64,000 nucleotides of DNA from an uncultured Candidatus Bathyarchaeia archaeon (GTDB taxonomy: Archaea > Thermoproteota > Bathyarchaeia > Bathyarchaeales > Bathyarchaeaceae), in contig CAZUDX010000004.1 in the NCBI GenBank assembly GCA_964618695.1, positions 86,257-150,256 of the forward strand, given 5' to 3'. Every line of letters begins with the position of its first letter. Within the stretch, counting starts at the first letter, position 1. Below the pieces are notes generated by a model, which had not been told where the DNA came from, made no database searches, and was given only the letters and a program-made list of their open reading frames with translations. The translations under genes were made by a program, and so were the position numbers. Of the stretch, positions 1 to 9,753 are shown in pieces.

Positions 1-1
1 A

Positions 2-1099
2 TTGTATAAACAGATAGCTAAATTGGTGGATGTGGTAGTCGTTGCGAACATTCCGAAACAACAGGAATCCTCTAAATCTTGTGAGGAAAAAAGTGAGTAT
101 GTTTTGAGATGTTGGAAAAGGGGTCCACGGTTTCTAACAAGCATTTTCGGTTCTGCGTTCAAAACTAGATCCAATGTTGTTCATTTGCAGCATGGATGGT
201 TTTTGTATGGGAATTTTATTTCTTCCATCCTTTTTCCATTTCTACTATTGTTTTTCCGTCTAAGTCAAAAACCTTGTGTTGTCACAATGCACACGGTGAT
301 ACAAAAAGATGCCCATCTTTACACTAATTCCTTGGTGAACTTCTTGGCAAGGATCGCTGTTCGGTTTGTTTCATTGTGTATTGTACAGTTTTCAGACAAA
401 GTCATAATGCATAATCCTTTGATGAAAAAAATTTTCCAAACCGAGTACATTAAAAAAGAAGAAAAAATCGCCATAATTCCTCATGGAATAAAGTCTTCAA
501 AGAAACCTGAGTCCTCCAAAAAGAAGGATAAAACAATCCATGTTTTGTCTCTGGGGTTCCTACGGAAAAGCAAAGGAATGGAATACTTAACTGAAGCATT
601 CAAAAAATTCCTCAAAAAATTTCCAGACGCAAAACTGGTAATCGTCGGAGGAAGTCATGCACATGACAAGCCAGACGATTCTGAAAGTTTCCAGCATTTT
701 CTGCCACCGAACATTCAGAAACGGGTGATGTTCACTGGCTTTGTTGATGAAAACCGTTTGGAGCAACTGATTTGGAGAAGTGATATTATTGTGTTGCAAT
801 CAACTGAGCCATATTATGTCGAGGCAAGTGGGGCTTTGGCAGCAGTTGCCGACTATGGGAAACCTGTTGTGTGCAGTAAAGTGCCAAAGTTTCAAAGCGA
901 ATTGCAAAGTGGGGAACACTACATTGGTGTTGCGCCATCCGACTCGAACGAGTTGGCTCAAGCACTTGCCTTGTTAATTGAGAATGAGGAACTTAGAAAT
1001 CTTCTTGGAAAAAACCTTAGAGAAAAATTCAAAAGCAGACACTGGAGTGCCGTGGCAAAAGAGCATGTAAATCTCTATAGATGTCTTTTGAAAACCTGA
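2..1099 (+). CDS. Glycosyltransferase, GT-B fold / GT4-like (5' end may be cut by window edge)
   Basis: 365-aa ORF. C-terminal GT1-type module (GFLRKSKGMEYLTEAFKKF..PDAKLVIVGG; EASGALAAVADYGKPVVCSKVP). Lies in a glycosyltransferase cluster. Confidence 0.65.
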   Translation: MYKQIAKLVDVVVVANIPKQQESSKSCEEKSEYVLRCWKRGPRFLTSIFGSAFKTRSNVVHLQHGWFLYGNFISSILFPFLLLFFRLSQKPCVVTMHTVIQKDAHLYTNSLVNFLARIAVRFVSLCIVQFSDKVIMHNPLMKKIFQTEYIKKEEKIAIIPHGIKSSKKPESSKKKDKTIHVLSLGFLRKSKGMEYLTEAFKKFLKKFPDAKLVIVGGSHAHDKPDDSESFQHFLPPNIQKRVMFTGFVDENRLEQLIWRSDIIVLQSTEPYYVEASGALAAVADYGKPVVCSKVPKFQSELQSGEHYIGVAPSDSNELAQALALLIENEELRNLLGKNLREKFKSRHWSAVAKEHVNLYRCLLKT

Positions 1100-1129
1100 A
1101 ACTAAAACGTGCCCAGAAAAAGCATATGA

Positions 1130-3397
1130 TTACTGCAGTTTCCCAAATAGTTTAATCCACTTCTCAGAGATTTTCTTCGCGTCAAACATTGAGGACCTCT
1201 CTATGCAATTCTTCCTCATCTCTTGGGGATAACCTTCCTTCCAAATCCTCGAAGCAAAACTCACCAACTCTTCATCGCTATTTACAAGCCAGCCTGTGAC
1301 GCCGTCTATGACGGATTCGCTGGGTCCCTGCCTGTTGTATGTCAGCACTGGGGTTCCACATGCCATGCTTTCGATAGGTATGTATCCGAATGGTTCATGG
1401 GAAAATGTGAAAAGGACGTAGAGGGCGTTGGAGTAAAGGTTCGCAAGTTCTTTGTTAGAAACTGAGCCTATGAATTCTATGTTTGGGTGTTTGGCGATGC
1501 AAGTAGGTATACCAGATGCCTTGTAGCCAAAGGCTTTTATTTTCACACCTGCGTCGGCTACCTGTTTGATGGCTGCAAACTTGGTTTCTTTATTATAGAC
1601 CCCGAAGTAGCTCAGTACATAATCTTGTGACGGTTCAGAGGTTGTAGGTTTGAAGAGAGTGCGGTCTAACGGGGGAGGAATCACATCTTCAACTTTAACG
1701 TCTAGTTCATTATACATAGAGGCACAAAACTTTGAGTTAGCTATCACTGAATCTGATAGATGGGAGTAGTCATTAACGGTTTTCTTCTCTAAATATCTCA
1801 ATACTGGCGCAACCAAAAGGTAGCTGTACTTGTAACGTGCAGGCATTTCAAGAAGCATGTCGTCAAGAGCTCTAGTTATTGGACCCTGAGCGTAATACAA
1901 GTGGGACTTGACCTTAATGCAAGATGAAGTATTGATCACTATCTCGTTTTCACCAAAATCTTCCAAGTTGACCGTGCTTCTCGATTTGAGTAGTGACTTT
2001 GCCCAAGCTTCAAGGATTGGAAATGACTGTATAATGTTGAAATTCGAACCTAAGCTTATGACTTCGATATCGTTTTTCTTTGCTAACCTCTTAACTTCTT
2101 CGCTGACACTTGGAGAAATGAGCCTAATGTTGTATCCATTTTTCTTTAGTTCCGTAGCTAAAAGAAATGGTGGTCTTGTTGAGCCTGCTGTTGTCATAAG
2201 AGGGTCGGTGATGAAAGTTATGTTCATTTGCTTGACTTCAGTGCGCACTTTTAAGCTAGGCTGTAACGCTTCTAGAATATGCCTAGTCGACTTCTCTATA
2301 GTAAATTCTTTTAGAGCCATCGCTTTGGCGCTTAAACCCATTTTAGCGGTCAGTTGCTCATCTTCTATTAAACGTTTCATGCTTTCCGCAACATCATCTG
2401 GATCATAGGGATTAACATGGAAACCGTTCTCCCCATGTCTGATGAATTCTTTTGTTCCCCCCTGTTTTGACACTATTGATGGCTTCCCAAAAAGTGCAGC
2501 TTCTATGGGAACTAGACCGAAAGGTTCATGCAAAGCTAAATGAACTATGAACTTGCAATTCTTGTAATAGCTTATGAGTTCTTTTTCATCAACGTGAGAC
2601 CGAAAAACCAGATCGTCTAAACCCAAATCACGGGCTGTAGACTGAACCTCCTCCCTTAAGGGGCCATCCCCTATTATAACAAGTTTCACTGCTGCCCTAT
2701 ACTTTGGCGGGAGTTGATGATACGCCTTCAGCAAGTTGAAGTGGTTCTTCATCGGAATCATCGCCCCAATGGCTAGCATGTAATTGTTCGAGTCATTGTC
2801 CACGTCGCTCTGGGTTTTGTGTTCAACCTCTATGCCTGGGTATGCAACCGATATCTTTTCGTCCAAGCCATAGAGTGTTTTGATGACTTGTCTTGTGTAT
2901 TTGCTGTTGGCGATTATCTTTGTGTAACGTCTGGCAGTTATTTTGTCTATGGCGCGAAGAAGATTAATTGAAGAGCCATAGAGTTTATCTGACAGAAATA
3001 CGTCAGTGAAAGTTTTGCCGTAGCATTCTCTGCTGGTAGGTCTGGTTGTGGAGCTTAACTCTTTGGAGGTTATTCCAGATAATTGATTTTCCCATAAGGC
3101 TCGGAGTGGTTCTCCACAATACCAAACAAGTTTGTTTTTAAGAAACATGGTTAGATAATAGGCTAGAAAGGGACCGATGTGATGGTGTATAAGCACTACG
3201 TCGAAAGATTTGAGGTTGTCTATCAGGTTTTTCAGGTTTCGAAAACCTTTGAGAGACGGTGGAAACCCAAAGGGCAAAGTGTTCAACACCATGTTTGAGA
3301 GTGCCCTTTTTTCCCAATCAGGATGTAATGGACCGTTGTAAAAAAGTTCAACATTGAAGCCTAGTTTTTTCAGGTATATGCCGTGGAGTATAGCCAT
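1130..3397 (-). CDS. Tandem GT4-GT4 fusion glycosyltransferase (two complete GT-B modules)
   Basis: 755 aa with two E-x7-E-type signatures: EPFGLVPIEAALFGKPSIVSKQGGTKEFIRHGENGFHV and EPFGYIPIESMACGTPVLTYNRQGPSESVIDGVTGWLV. The second module starts near MNITFITDPL. A conserved GT4 N-terminus (KIAILHHALGRFGGAEK) is in frame upstream of the first ATG, so the true start may be near 3451. Confidence 0.8.
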   Translation of the reverse strand: MAILHGIYLKKLGFNVELFYNGPLHPDWEKRALSNMVLNTLPFGFPPSLKGFRNLKNLIDNLKSFDVVLIHHHIGPFLAYYLTMFLKNKLVWYCGEPLRALWENQLSGITSKELSSTTRPTSRECYGKTFTDVFLSDKLYGSSINLLRAIDKITARRYTKIIANSKYTRQVIKTLYGLDEKISVAYPGIEVEHKTQSDVDNDSNNYMLAIGAMIPMKNHFNLLKAYHQLPPKYRAAVKLVIIGDGPLREEVQSTARDLGLDDLVFRSHVDEKELISYYKNCKFIVHLALHEPFGLVPIEAALFGKPSIVSKQGGTKEFIRHGENGFHVNPYDPDDVAESMKRLIEDEQLTAKMGLSAKAMALKEFTIEKSTRHILEALQPSLKVRTEVKQMNITFITDPLMTTAGSTRPPFLLATELKKNGYNIRLISPSVSEEVKRLAKKNDIEVISLGSNFNIIQSFPILEAWAKSLLKSRSTVNLEDFGENEIVINTSSCIKVKSHLYYAQGPITRALDDMLLEMPARYKYSYLLVAPVLRYLEKKTVNDYSHLSDSVIANSKFCASMYNELDVKVEDVIPPPLDRTLFKPTTSEPSQDYVLSYFGVYNKETKFAAIKQVADAGVKIKAFGYKASGIPTCIAKHPNIEFIGSVSNKELANLYSNALYVLFTFSHEPFGYIPIESMACGTPVLTYNRQGPSESVIDGVTGWLVNSDEELVSFASRIWKEGYPQEMRKNCIERSSMFDAKKISEKWIKLFGKLQ

Positions 3398-3494
3398 TTT
3401 TTCGGCTCCTCCGAACCTGCCTAGGGCGTGATGGAGAATTGCTATCTTAATTCTAAAGATCCTCCCATTGGTTTGAATAACCTAGACTTCTATT

Positions 3495-6400
3495 TTATCT
3501 GAGTACTTTTTGTTTTATGTACTTTCCCCACTGTTTAAGCTTTTTAGATGGGATAATCATTACCGGCACCACAATAATTAGAGTAACCACTGAAATTCGT
3601 ATTCCCAAGTCAGCGTAACTTTGTCCTGTGAAATATATCGTTACGTCGAAATCACCTGTCTTGTTTATGTAGTAACCGTTAACCAAAGAATACATTGGAA
3701 TCGGAGATATCTCTTCACCGTCTACGTAAGCTTTCCACCTTGGGTGGTAGGACTCTGAGAAGATCAAAAGAAACGGTTCATTACTGTTTTCAACGTGAGC
3801 CTTATACTTAGTTGGGTTTATCTTTTCATAGCTAACTTTTGGACCGGGCTTTGCCTCAAACAAATCATCCAAGAAACCGAAATCTCCCTCATCGTTTAGT
3901 GTCATCACCATGTCACTGAAATATGCTTCCCCTGTGGCGCTGATTGTTACGGTTTGTTCGCCAGAGTGAAGATAAAACGGTCCAGCCTCGTAATGTATAA
4001 TTTTGGCATCGGGACTGTTGCAGGAAATATCAATTGTTTCGTCGTTCACCTTCAGGGTTACAGTGCCAAATTGTGGACCAAATGCGAGCCGGAAGTCAGC
4101 CCTGTAAAATCCATCCTCTGGAATCAAAATGCTTCTTGAAACAGTAGGTTCTGCATAAGCTTTGAACTCCCATATGCTTACTAGGTCATATAAAGCTGTA
4201 ACAGAGGTGATGTAAAGTCTCAATTTTGTAGTTTTCACGGGTTCTGAGAACATGTGCACTCGGTCAAGAATGACGTTTCCGGTCACGTTAACTTGGTTAA
4301 CCCAATCAACTCCGTTCCATGTTTGTATTGTGTAGTTTTCTGCGTATGCATCTTCAAAAAGTATGTGTGCTCCGGTAAGTTCCTGCGGGGTTTCCCACTC
4401 AATTTGCAGCCATTGTGGCATCGATTCATGAGGTTTAGAAGCCCACCTCGTTTCCAAGTTTTGGTCGTTGGCTCTATTAGCGTCTAAGCCAATATTATCC
4501 CACACTCCAACCGAACTAGCAGAAATGGTGCCGTTGGGTGAAACGTTCATTCCCAACTCCTCTGCGTGTAGTCCAAAATCGCCTAAATCAACAAGTTGTT
4601 CCCCGTTTTCAAGCGAGTAAATGATCAGTTGGTCAAACTCTATTCTTTCCGAGGCACGTATCTCTATTAGGTGATCGCTGGCATCAAGATAAACAGGTCC
4701 AGCCTCGTACCACTCTGCCTCTGCATTGGAGTTGAGGTGTCGTACAGTGACGTTCGTGTTATTTATCCGCAACTGTGGAATACCTTGGTTTAGACCTTTA
4801 ACCAAGCGAATAGCAAACATGTATTGATCTTCTCGAGGAATTGAGAGCCTAGTTGAAAGCCACGGTATCGTATAAGCTTCGAATTCCCATACGCTTACCA
4901 AACCATATGCTGGAGCAGACGTCACGTAGAGCCGTAACTTCTTTGTTACCACAGATTCTGGGAACATATGCACTCGGTCAATCATAACGTTTCCTGTTAC
5001 GTTAACTTGATTAACCCATTCTTCACCGTTCCATGTCTGTATTGTGTAGTTTTCTGCGTACGCGTCTTCAAAAAGTATGTGTGCTCCGGTAAGTTCCTGC
5101 GGGGTTTCCCACTCAATTTGCAGCCACTGCGGCATCTCATAAGGTGTAGAAGCCCACCTCGTATTTTTGCGCCCGTCATTGGCTCCATCCGCCTCCAAGC
5201 TAATTGTGCCCCACACTCCGACCGAGCTGGCAGAAGCATTGCCTTCTGGCGAGATGTTTGCAGTTGGGCTTATGTTGTGAAAAACATAATCTTCAAAGGA
5301 TATTAAATTGGTATACCAATTTTCAGGAGGATCGAATGTGAAAGTGTTTTCAGCCTCCAAAACATAGATAATTCTGCCTGAGAATCTTTGGAGGGTTTCG
5401 ATTAAATCGTTCATCCTTGATTGGAAGAGGTTTGGTTTTACTATGGCAATGGTATCTATATCGTTGTAGCCTGTGCCGTCGTTTGCTAATGTGATTGTGT
5501 GTTCGCCTTTTTCCAAGTCCAGAGAGTTTATATTTACCCACATTAGCCTCGACCAAAAACGCGATCGTGGTTTAATTTCTCCAATAGGAGTCCCATCTAT
5601 CAGAACGGTTAGGTTTCCTCTGTTATCCACAAACGCAATCCTCAACCAGACGTCATAGTTTCCATTCGAATCAGTTTTGAATGGTATTTTTATGCTGGTA
5701 TTTCCTGAGGTTGTAAGAGTGTCTCCGCCCCACACAAAGCCTCCGACAGACCTCCAAGACGTAGCGGTAACCCAATTTCTAGAATAATTCTGAGATGAAA
5801 CACCATAATTTGCAGCTATTATGAAATTCGCTTCGTCTCTGAGAGATAACATCGTTGCATCCACTAAGTCAGTGTTAACCAAAATCAGCGCGTCTGAGTT
5901 ACTAAACAGGTCGGCGGAAAAGGAAGTTTCATCTGTTTGATGCGCAAAAATCAATCCTGTTTCATTAAGGTTGAATGTGTCGATCTTACATAATGCTGAG
6001 AAACTCTGTAAACCTCCCATGACATAAGCGTATTCGCCGGTCGCAAAAACCCCGGGGGTGTAATATTTGTTTTCAAGAATAATGGAGCTCTGGTTATAGA
6101 CTACGTCATAGCCTTCCTGTTGCAAGAAGAAGTTTCGTGTGTTATTTGACAGATATTCTGGTAAGACAACATATTTGTAATTAAACGGTCCAATCATTTC
6201 TAACATGTTTTCAGTTAACTCTTTGCGTGCCAGACGAAAACGCATGTAGTCAACGTAGTGGCGAGCTGGGGTGCTCCATCCTCCATCTTGAAGAACAGGT
6301 CTACCGTGAAGAAACGAGCTGTCGTAACCTATGTCATGCCCCCAGCCTAAGCTGGTTTTCATACCACTGAAAGCAAAATCAGACTCTTGTATAGACTTGT

Positions 6401-7928
6401 TCTCCCATTCAGAAGGACTATTGGTAGTGGTTATAATTTTGTAATCTCCTGCTTGCTGTGCAATCCAATCATACGGTTCAATGTAGCTTTCAGGAGGAGT
6501 ATAGACCTGTAAGCCTTGACTGAAAAAGTAGAAACAGGATAGAAAACCGCTTAGGAAAACTAAAATCAACAACAGGTAGCTCAGATAATGGAGAAACTTG
6601 TGTAAAATTTTAACGGTTCTATTTATCGAGTGCGCAACCTTTAATGAAATGTAGCTCTCATGCACTCTGATTGTAGGAGTTTCTATTTTTGCCTTCAGGA
6701 ACACTTGTTTTTCTGCATATTTCTTTTTTTGGATATACGTTACTAACATGTCGACTAGAACTGAAACAAAGAATGCGTTAGAGAAAGCGATTATCATAGC
6801 CATTCTGTTTGCAGCCCTGAAAACAGAGAAGTGCGGGATGTTAAACCATGCCCAAGTGAAAATGTCTCCGAAAGGTGGGTGAGGGCCCGTGGCTATGGCC
6901 GTACTGATTATAGCCGCAAAGGCAAAAAACAGGGTGTATCTGTCTCTGCGGATAAAAACTGTGCAGAAAGCAGGTATGAAAACGAGCAATAATAAAATGT
7001 TAAGCGGAACGAAAGGTACGCCAGAACCGCTGTACAAATTGACTGCCGTTGTGTATCCCCAGCTTTCTCCTGCCCGCATAGTGAAGGCATCTATCGTGTT
7101 TTTGTAACTTGATTGCACAGCATCTTCTAACGGGTAAGAATACGTTGCCGAATAATACGGTGCTCTTACATTAAACAGAAAAGGTATGATCCAAAAAGCA
7201 GAAACAAGGGCTAATGTCACGCCCAAAAGTGTTCCTGTCTTCAAAATGTTCATAGGCTTTATGTGGAAATTTTTGAACTTTACTGATTTGATTACAAAAA
7301 AGGCAGTGAATATTGCTAGAAAAATGCCGTAGATGACAATACTTTGTGGGTGAAAACCTGTTGCGAAGACGCCTAAAGCTAAAGCTACAGCTATAATGTT
7401 TTTGAAGCTCTGTTTTTTTAATGCTCTATCCATAAGTAAGAAAAGCAAGGGGGCTAAGGCGTAGCTGAAGATTATGTGGAGATGTCCTTCAGTGAATTGG
7501 GAGAAGATCCATTGATTCAAACAGTAGATTAACGAAGCGGAAAGAGCTGCCATGTGTCGAGAAGTATAATGGTAGGCAAAAGCGTACATTGTGAAGCCAG
7601 CCGTTAAAAACGATGAAAACATTAAAATTTTCACTGTGGCTCCTGCGTCTCTGCATACTGAGTAGATTATCATCATAAAAAAATCCATCGAGTCAATTCC
7701 TTGACTGAATCCAAAAGAAGATGGACGCCACGTGTAGAGCCATTTGAAATCGCTTTCCAATAAATATGCTCTAGATATCCATCCTAGAACATCTCCTCCT
7801 GCTGGCCATTCATTTGTGAAAAGCCATATTCGAAAAATAATAACGGTCATAGCGACAATTACTATAGAACTGATGCAAAGTCGGCGGTGTTTGCTGATGG
7901 CTGCTTTTAGCCATTCGAATATTTTCAT
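3495..7928 (-). CDS. Giant polytopic membrane protein with two F5/8 type C (discoidin) modules; AftD-like GT-C glycosyltransferase candidate
   Basis: 1477 aa. The N-terminal ~400 aa carry many hydrophobic segments. Two modules match the discoidin pattern (RWAS.P...MPQWLQIEWETPQELTGAHILFEDAYAENYTIQTWNG..WVNQVNVTGNV...LRLY.TS...WEF.AY). A C-terminal TM anchor is present (ISVVTLIIVVPVMIIP). Confidence 0.6.
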   Translation of the reverse strand: MKIFEWLKAAISKHRRLCISSIVIVAMTVIIFRIWLFTNEWPAGGDVLGWISRAYLLESDFKWLYTWRPSSFGFSQGIDSMDFFMMIIYSVCRDAGATVKILMFSSFLTAGFTMYAFAYHYTSRHMAALSASLIYCLNQWIFSQFTEGHLHIIFSYALAPLLFLLMDRALKKQSFKNIIAVALALGVFATGFHPQSIVIYGIFLAIFTAFFVIKSVKFKNFHIKPMNILKTGTLLGVTLALVSAFWIIPFLFNVRAPYYSATYSYPLEDAVQSSYKNTIDAFTMRAGESWGYTTAVNLYSGSGVPFVPLNILLLLVFIPAFCTVFIRRDRYTLFFAFAAIISTAIATGPHPPFGDIFTWAWFNIPHFSVFRAANRMAMIIAFSNAFFVSVLVDMLVTYIQKKKYAEKQVFLKAKIETPTIRVHESYISLKVAHSINRTVKILHKFLHYLSYLLLILVFLSGFLSCFYFFSQGLQVYTPPESYIEPYDWIAQQAGDYKIITTTNSPSEWENKSIQESDFAFSGMKTSLGWGHDIGYDSSFLHGRPVLQDGGWSTPARHYVDYMRFRLARKELTENMLEMIGPFNYKYVVLPEYLSNNTRNFFLQQEGYDVVYNQSSIILENKYYTPGVFATGEYAYVMGGLQSFSALCKIDTFNLNETGLIFAHQTDETSFSADLFSNSDALILVNTDLVDATMLSLRDEANFIIAANYGVSSQNYSRNWVTATSWRSVGGFVWGGDTLTTSGNTSIKIPFKTDSNGNYDVWLRIAFVDNRGNLTVLIDGTPIGEIKPRSRFWSRLMWVNINSLDLEKGEHTITLANDGTGYNDIDTIAIVKPNLFQSRMNDLIETLQRFSGRIIYVLEAENTFTFDPPENWYTNLISFEDYVFHNISPTANISPEGNASASSVGVWGTISLEADGANDGRKNTRWASTPYEMPQWLQIEWETPQELTGAHILFEDAYAENYTIQTWNGEEWVNQVNVTGNVMIDRVHMFPESVVTKKLRLYVTSAPAYGLVSVWEFEAYTIPWLSTRLSIPREDQYMFAIRLVKGLNQGIPQLRINNTNVTVRHLNSNAEAEWYEAGPVYLDASDHLIEIRASERIEFDQLIIYSLENGEQLVDLGDFGLHAEELGMNVSPNGTISASSVGVWDNIGLDANRANDQNLETRWASKPHESMPQWLQIEWETPQELTGAHILFEDAYAENYTIQTWNGVDWVNQVNVTGNVILDRVHMFSEPVKTTKLRLYITSVTALYDLVSIWEFKAYAEPTVSRSILIPEDGFYRADFRLAFGPQFGTVTLKVNDETIDISCNSPDAKIIHYEAGPFYLHSGEQTVTISATGEAYFSDMVMTLNDEGDFGFLDDLFEAKPGPKVSYEKINPTKYKAHVENSNEPFLLIFSESYHPRWKAYVDGEEISPIPMYSLVNGYYINKTGDFDVTIYFTGQSYADLGIRISVVTLIIVVPVMIIPSKKLKQWGKYIKQKVLR
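4250..4455. repeat. Intragenic repeat copy A (discoidin module core), near-identical to 4966-5172
   Basis: By-eye alignment. About 130 nt (ccgttccatgt.tgtattgtgtagttttctgcgta....tcttcaaaaagtatgtgtgctccggtaagttcctgcggggtttcccactcaatttgcagcca.tg.ggcatc) differ at only a few positions. The flanks are more diverged. Offset is about 716-719 nt. Confidence 0.85.
4966..5172. repeat. Intragenic repeat copy B (discoidin module core)
   Basis: See copy A. The + strand shadow ORFs 4254-4487 and 4968-5306 translate to nearly the same peptide, confirming the repeat. Confidence 0.85.
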
Positions 7929-8242
7929 TAAATCAGCTCTTCCTAAATCGGATAATCATAACTATGGAAACTTAAATAATCTTCGTAGAGATGCAATTGA
8001 AACTGAATTTGTGTCTGGAACTTGTCAGTTATATGGGCTGATGTTAATCAAAAGTGAAGATGTAAAAATGATAAGGTTTTACTGCAGTTACTGTGAAAGA
8101 GCGAGTGTTTTGTTTGATTTTTTTGTTGATCTTCTTTTTTAGCCTTTGAAGCGAAACGTTTTTCATATATTGATTTTGGGCGGATGTTTTTGGTTTGCTG
8201 TGTTTTAATGGGCAGAGTTCTCTGCAGTTTGTGCAGGTGTAA

Positions 8243-9274
8243 TTATACAATCGAGTCTAACATGTCAATGAACTTTTTCGGGTTTGTTGATCGTAAAATG
8301 AAGAATTTGTTTGCGCTGGCAGTTAGGTTTGAGATTATTTGCTGCTGTTTAGTTAACAGTTTTTCTAGGTTTACTTCTGGGTTGAAGTATGAGTAGCCTA
8401 GCATTATCGGATCAGTCCACAGTGGGAACTCGTGGGTTTTTGATATTGTGAGTTTGTTGTATGCGTTTTGGCTGTTTATTTCTTCTGTGCTTTCTTGATT
8501 GCGTTCCAAAAAGATGACGGTTTCCAGTTTAGTTTTCTGGATTACGCTTGGGTTTTCTATTGTCTTGTACAAGTCGGTGTATTGTGTGATTGGTTCGTTT
8601 ACGTGAAATTTTATTACTGGGGAGATTAGTTTGAGCATCGATTTTACGTAATCTTTTTGGTTGAGGGGTTTTCTTTTTATGCGATCAAAGATTGGGTGGG
8701 GGTCAGGATAGCAGTAGGCGTATCCTTTGTTGTCGACGATTGTTATGTCGTCTGATAGATATGAGAAACCGTATTCTTTTTTCAGGCTTTGAAGTGTTGT
8801 TAAAGTTTTGCCTGTGTTGGGAAACGCGCAAATTAGGATGCCGTTTCCTTTTTTAGATAAGCAGGCACCGTGCATGAAAGTGTATCCTTTGTTCAGCAGT
8901 TTGATGTCCATGATGAAGGGAATTGTTTCCCAGAGTGGGGTTATTCCGCCTATTTTTAGGTGCATTTTCAGGTAAGAGCTGGTTGCTGTGATTTTTGTTT
9001 CTTCGAGCAGGTTTTTTATCAGCATTTTTAGTTTGAAAAATGCTAAGGTTTTGTCGTAGTAGATCCATTTTCCGTTTGGTGTGCCGCAGATGTGTGGTAT
9101 GATTCTGATGGCTTCGTCAACGTTCACTTCGAAATCTTTCTCTACGTTTACGGTTATGTCTGGTTTTGTTTTTTCGACTGAAAAATATCTAAGTCGGCGG
9201 TCTACTAGTGATAGGTCAATGTTCGACTTGATTTTAATTAGTCCGTGAACGTTGTAGTTGAAGTCTGCCATCAC
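8243..9274 (-). CDS. HPr-kinase-like P-loop protein (HprK C-terminal domain-like), function unknown
   Basis: 343 aa. HGACLSKKGNGILICAFPNTGKTLTTL fits the HprK-type pattern H-G-x(n)-G-x-G-(I/V)-L-I-x-G-x-x-G-x-GK(S/T). The rest has no recognisable motif. Composition is K/N/T/I-rich. Confidence 0.4.
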   Translation of the reverse strand: MMADFNYNVHGLIKIKSNIDLSLVDRRLRYFSVEKTKPDITVNVEKDFEVNVDEAIRIIPHICGTPNGKWIYYDKTLAFFKLKMLIKNLLEETKITATSSYLKMHLKIGGITPLWETIPFIMDIKLLNKGYTFMHGACLSKKGNGILICAFPNTGKTLTTLQSLKKEYGFSYLSDDITIVDNKGYAYCYPDPHPIFDRIKRKPLNQKDYVKSMLKLISPVIKFHVNEPITQYTDLYKTIENPSVIQKTKLETVIFLERNQESTEEINSQNAYNKLTISKTHEFPLWTDPIMLGYSYFNPEVNLEKLLTKQQQIISNLTASANKFFILRSTNPKKFIDMLDSIV

Positions 9275-9753
9275 GGGTCGCTCTTTTGGTCTTACGATGC
9301 ACTTTACCCTAAACTTGTTAATATCATTGCTGTCTGTCTTTTGAGTTGTGTTACTGGGTGATCAAATTGAAGGGGTATTGGGGGCGCGGTTTTTCTATGT
9401 GAGTGTTTTGGGTGCGTGTTTAGCTTGGTTTGATGTTGTTTTGTTGTGGCGTGTTTGTCCGTTTTAGGTGTATTTGTGTAGTGTCGGTTAACGTTTTTTT
9501 TGTTGGTGCTTTGGTCTTAGGTTAATGTTTTTGTTTGAAATAGATGGGTGTGAACTTTGATTAGGTAATGTGTGGTGTGTGGGATTGTTGTTTTTTTTGG
9601 TGGTTTATCTCTGTTTGCGTGTATTATGTGTGGAAAAGCGTCTAAGAAGTAGTATGAATCTGGAATTAAAATACAGAAGATGACTGTATACAGCGTAAAC
9701 TTTTTAAGCATATTCCCTTCAACCTTAAGAAGGCGAAAAAACTTTAAAAGAAG

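Noticed and set aside
9742-9749. TATA-like CTTTAAAA 5 nt upstream of the S-layer candidate ATG.
   Set aside because: A promoter here would start transcription inside the signal-peptide coding region and remove its basic n-region. More likely this is just an AT-rich leader.
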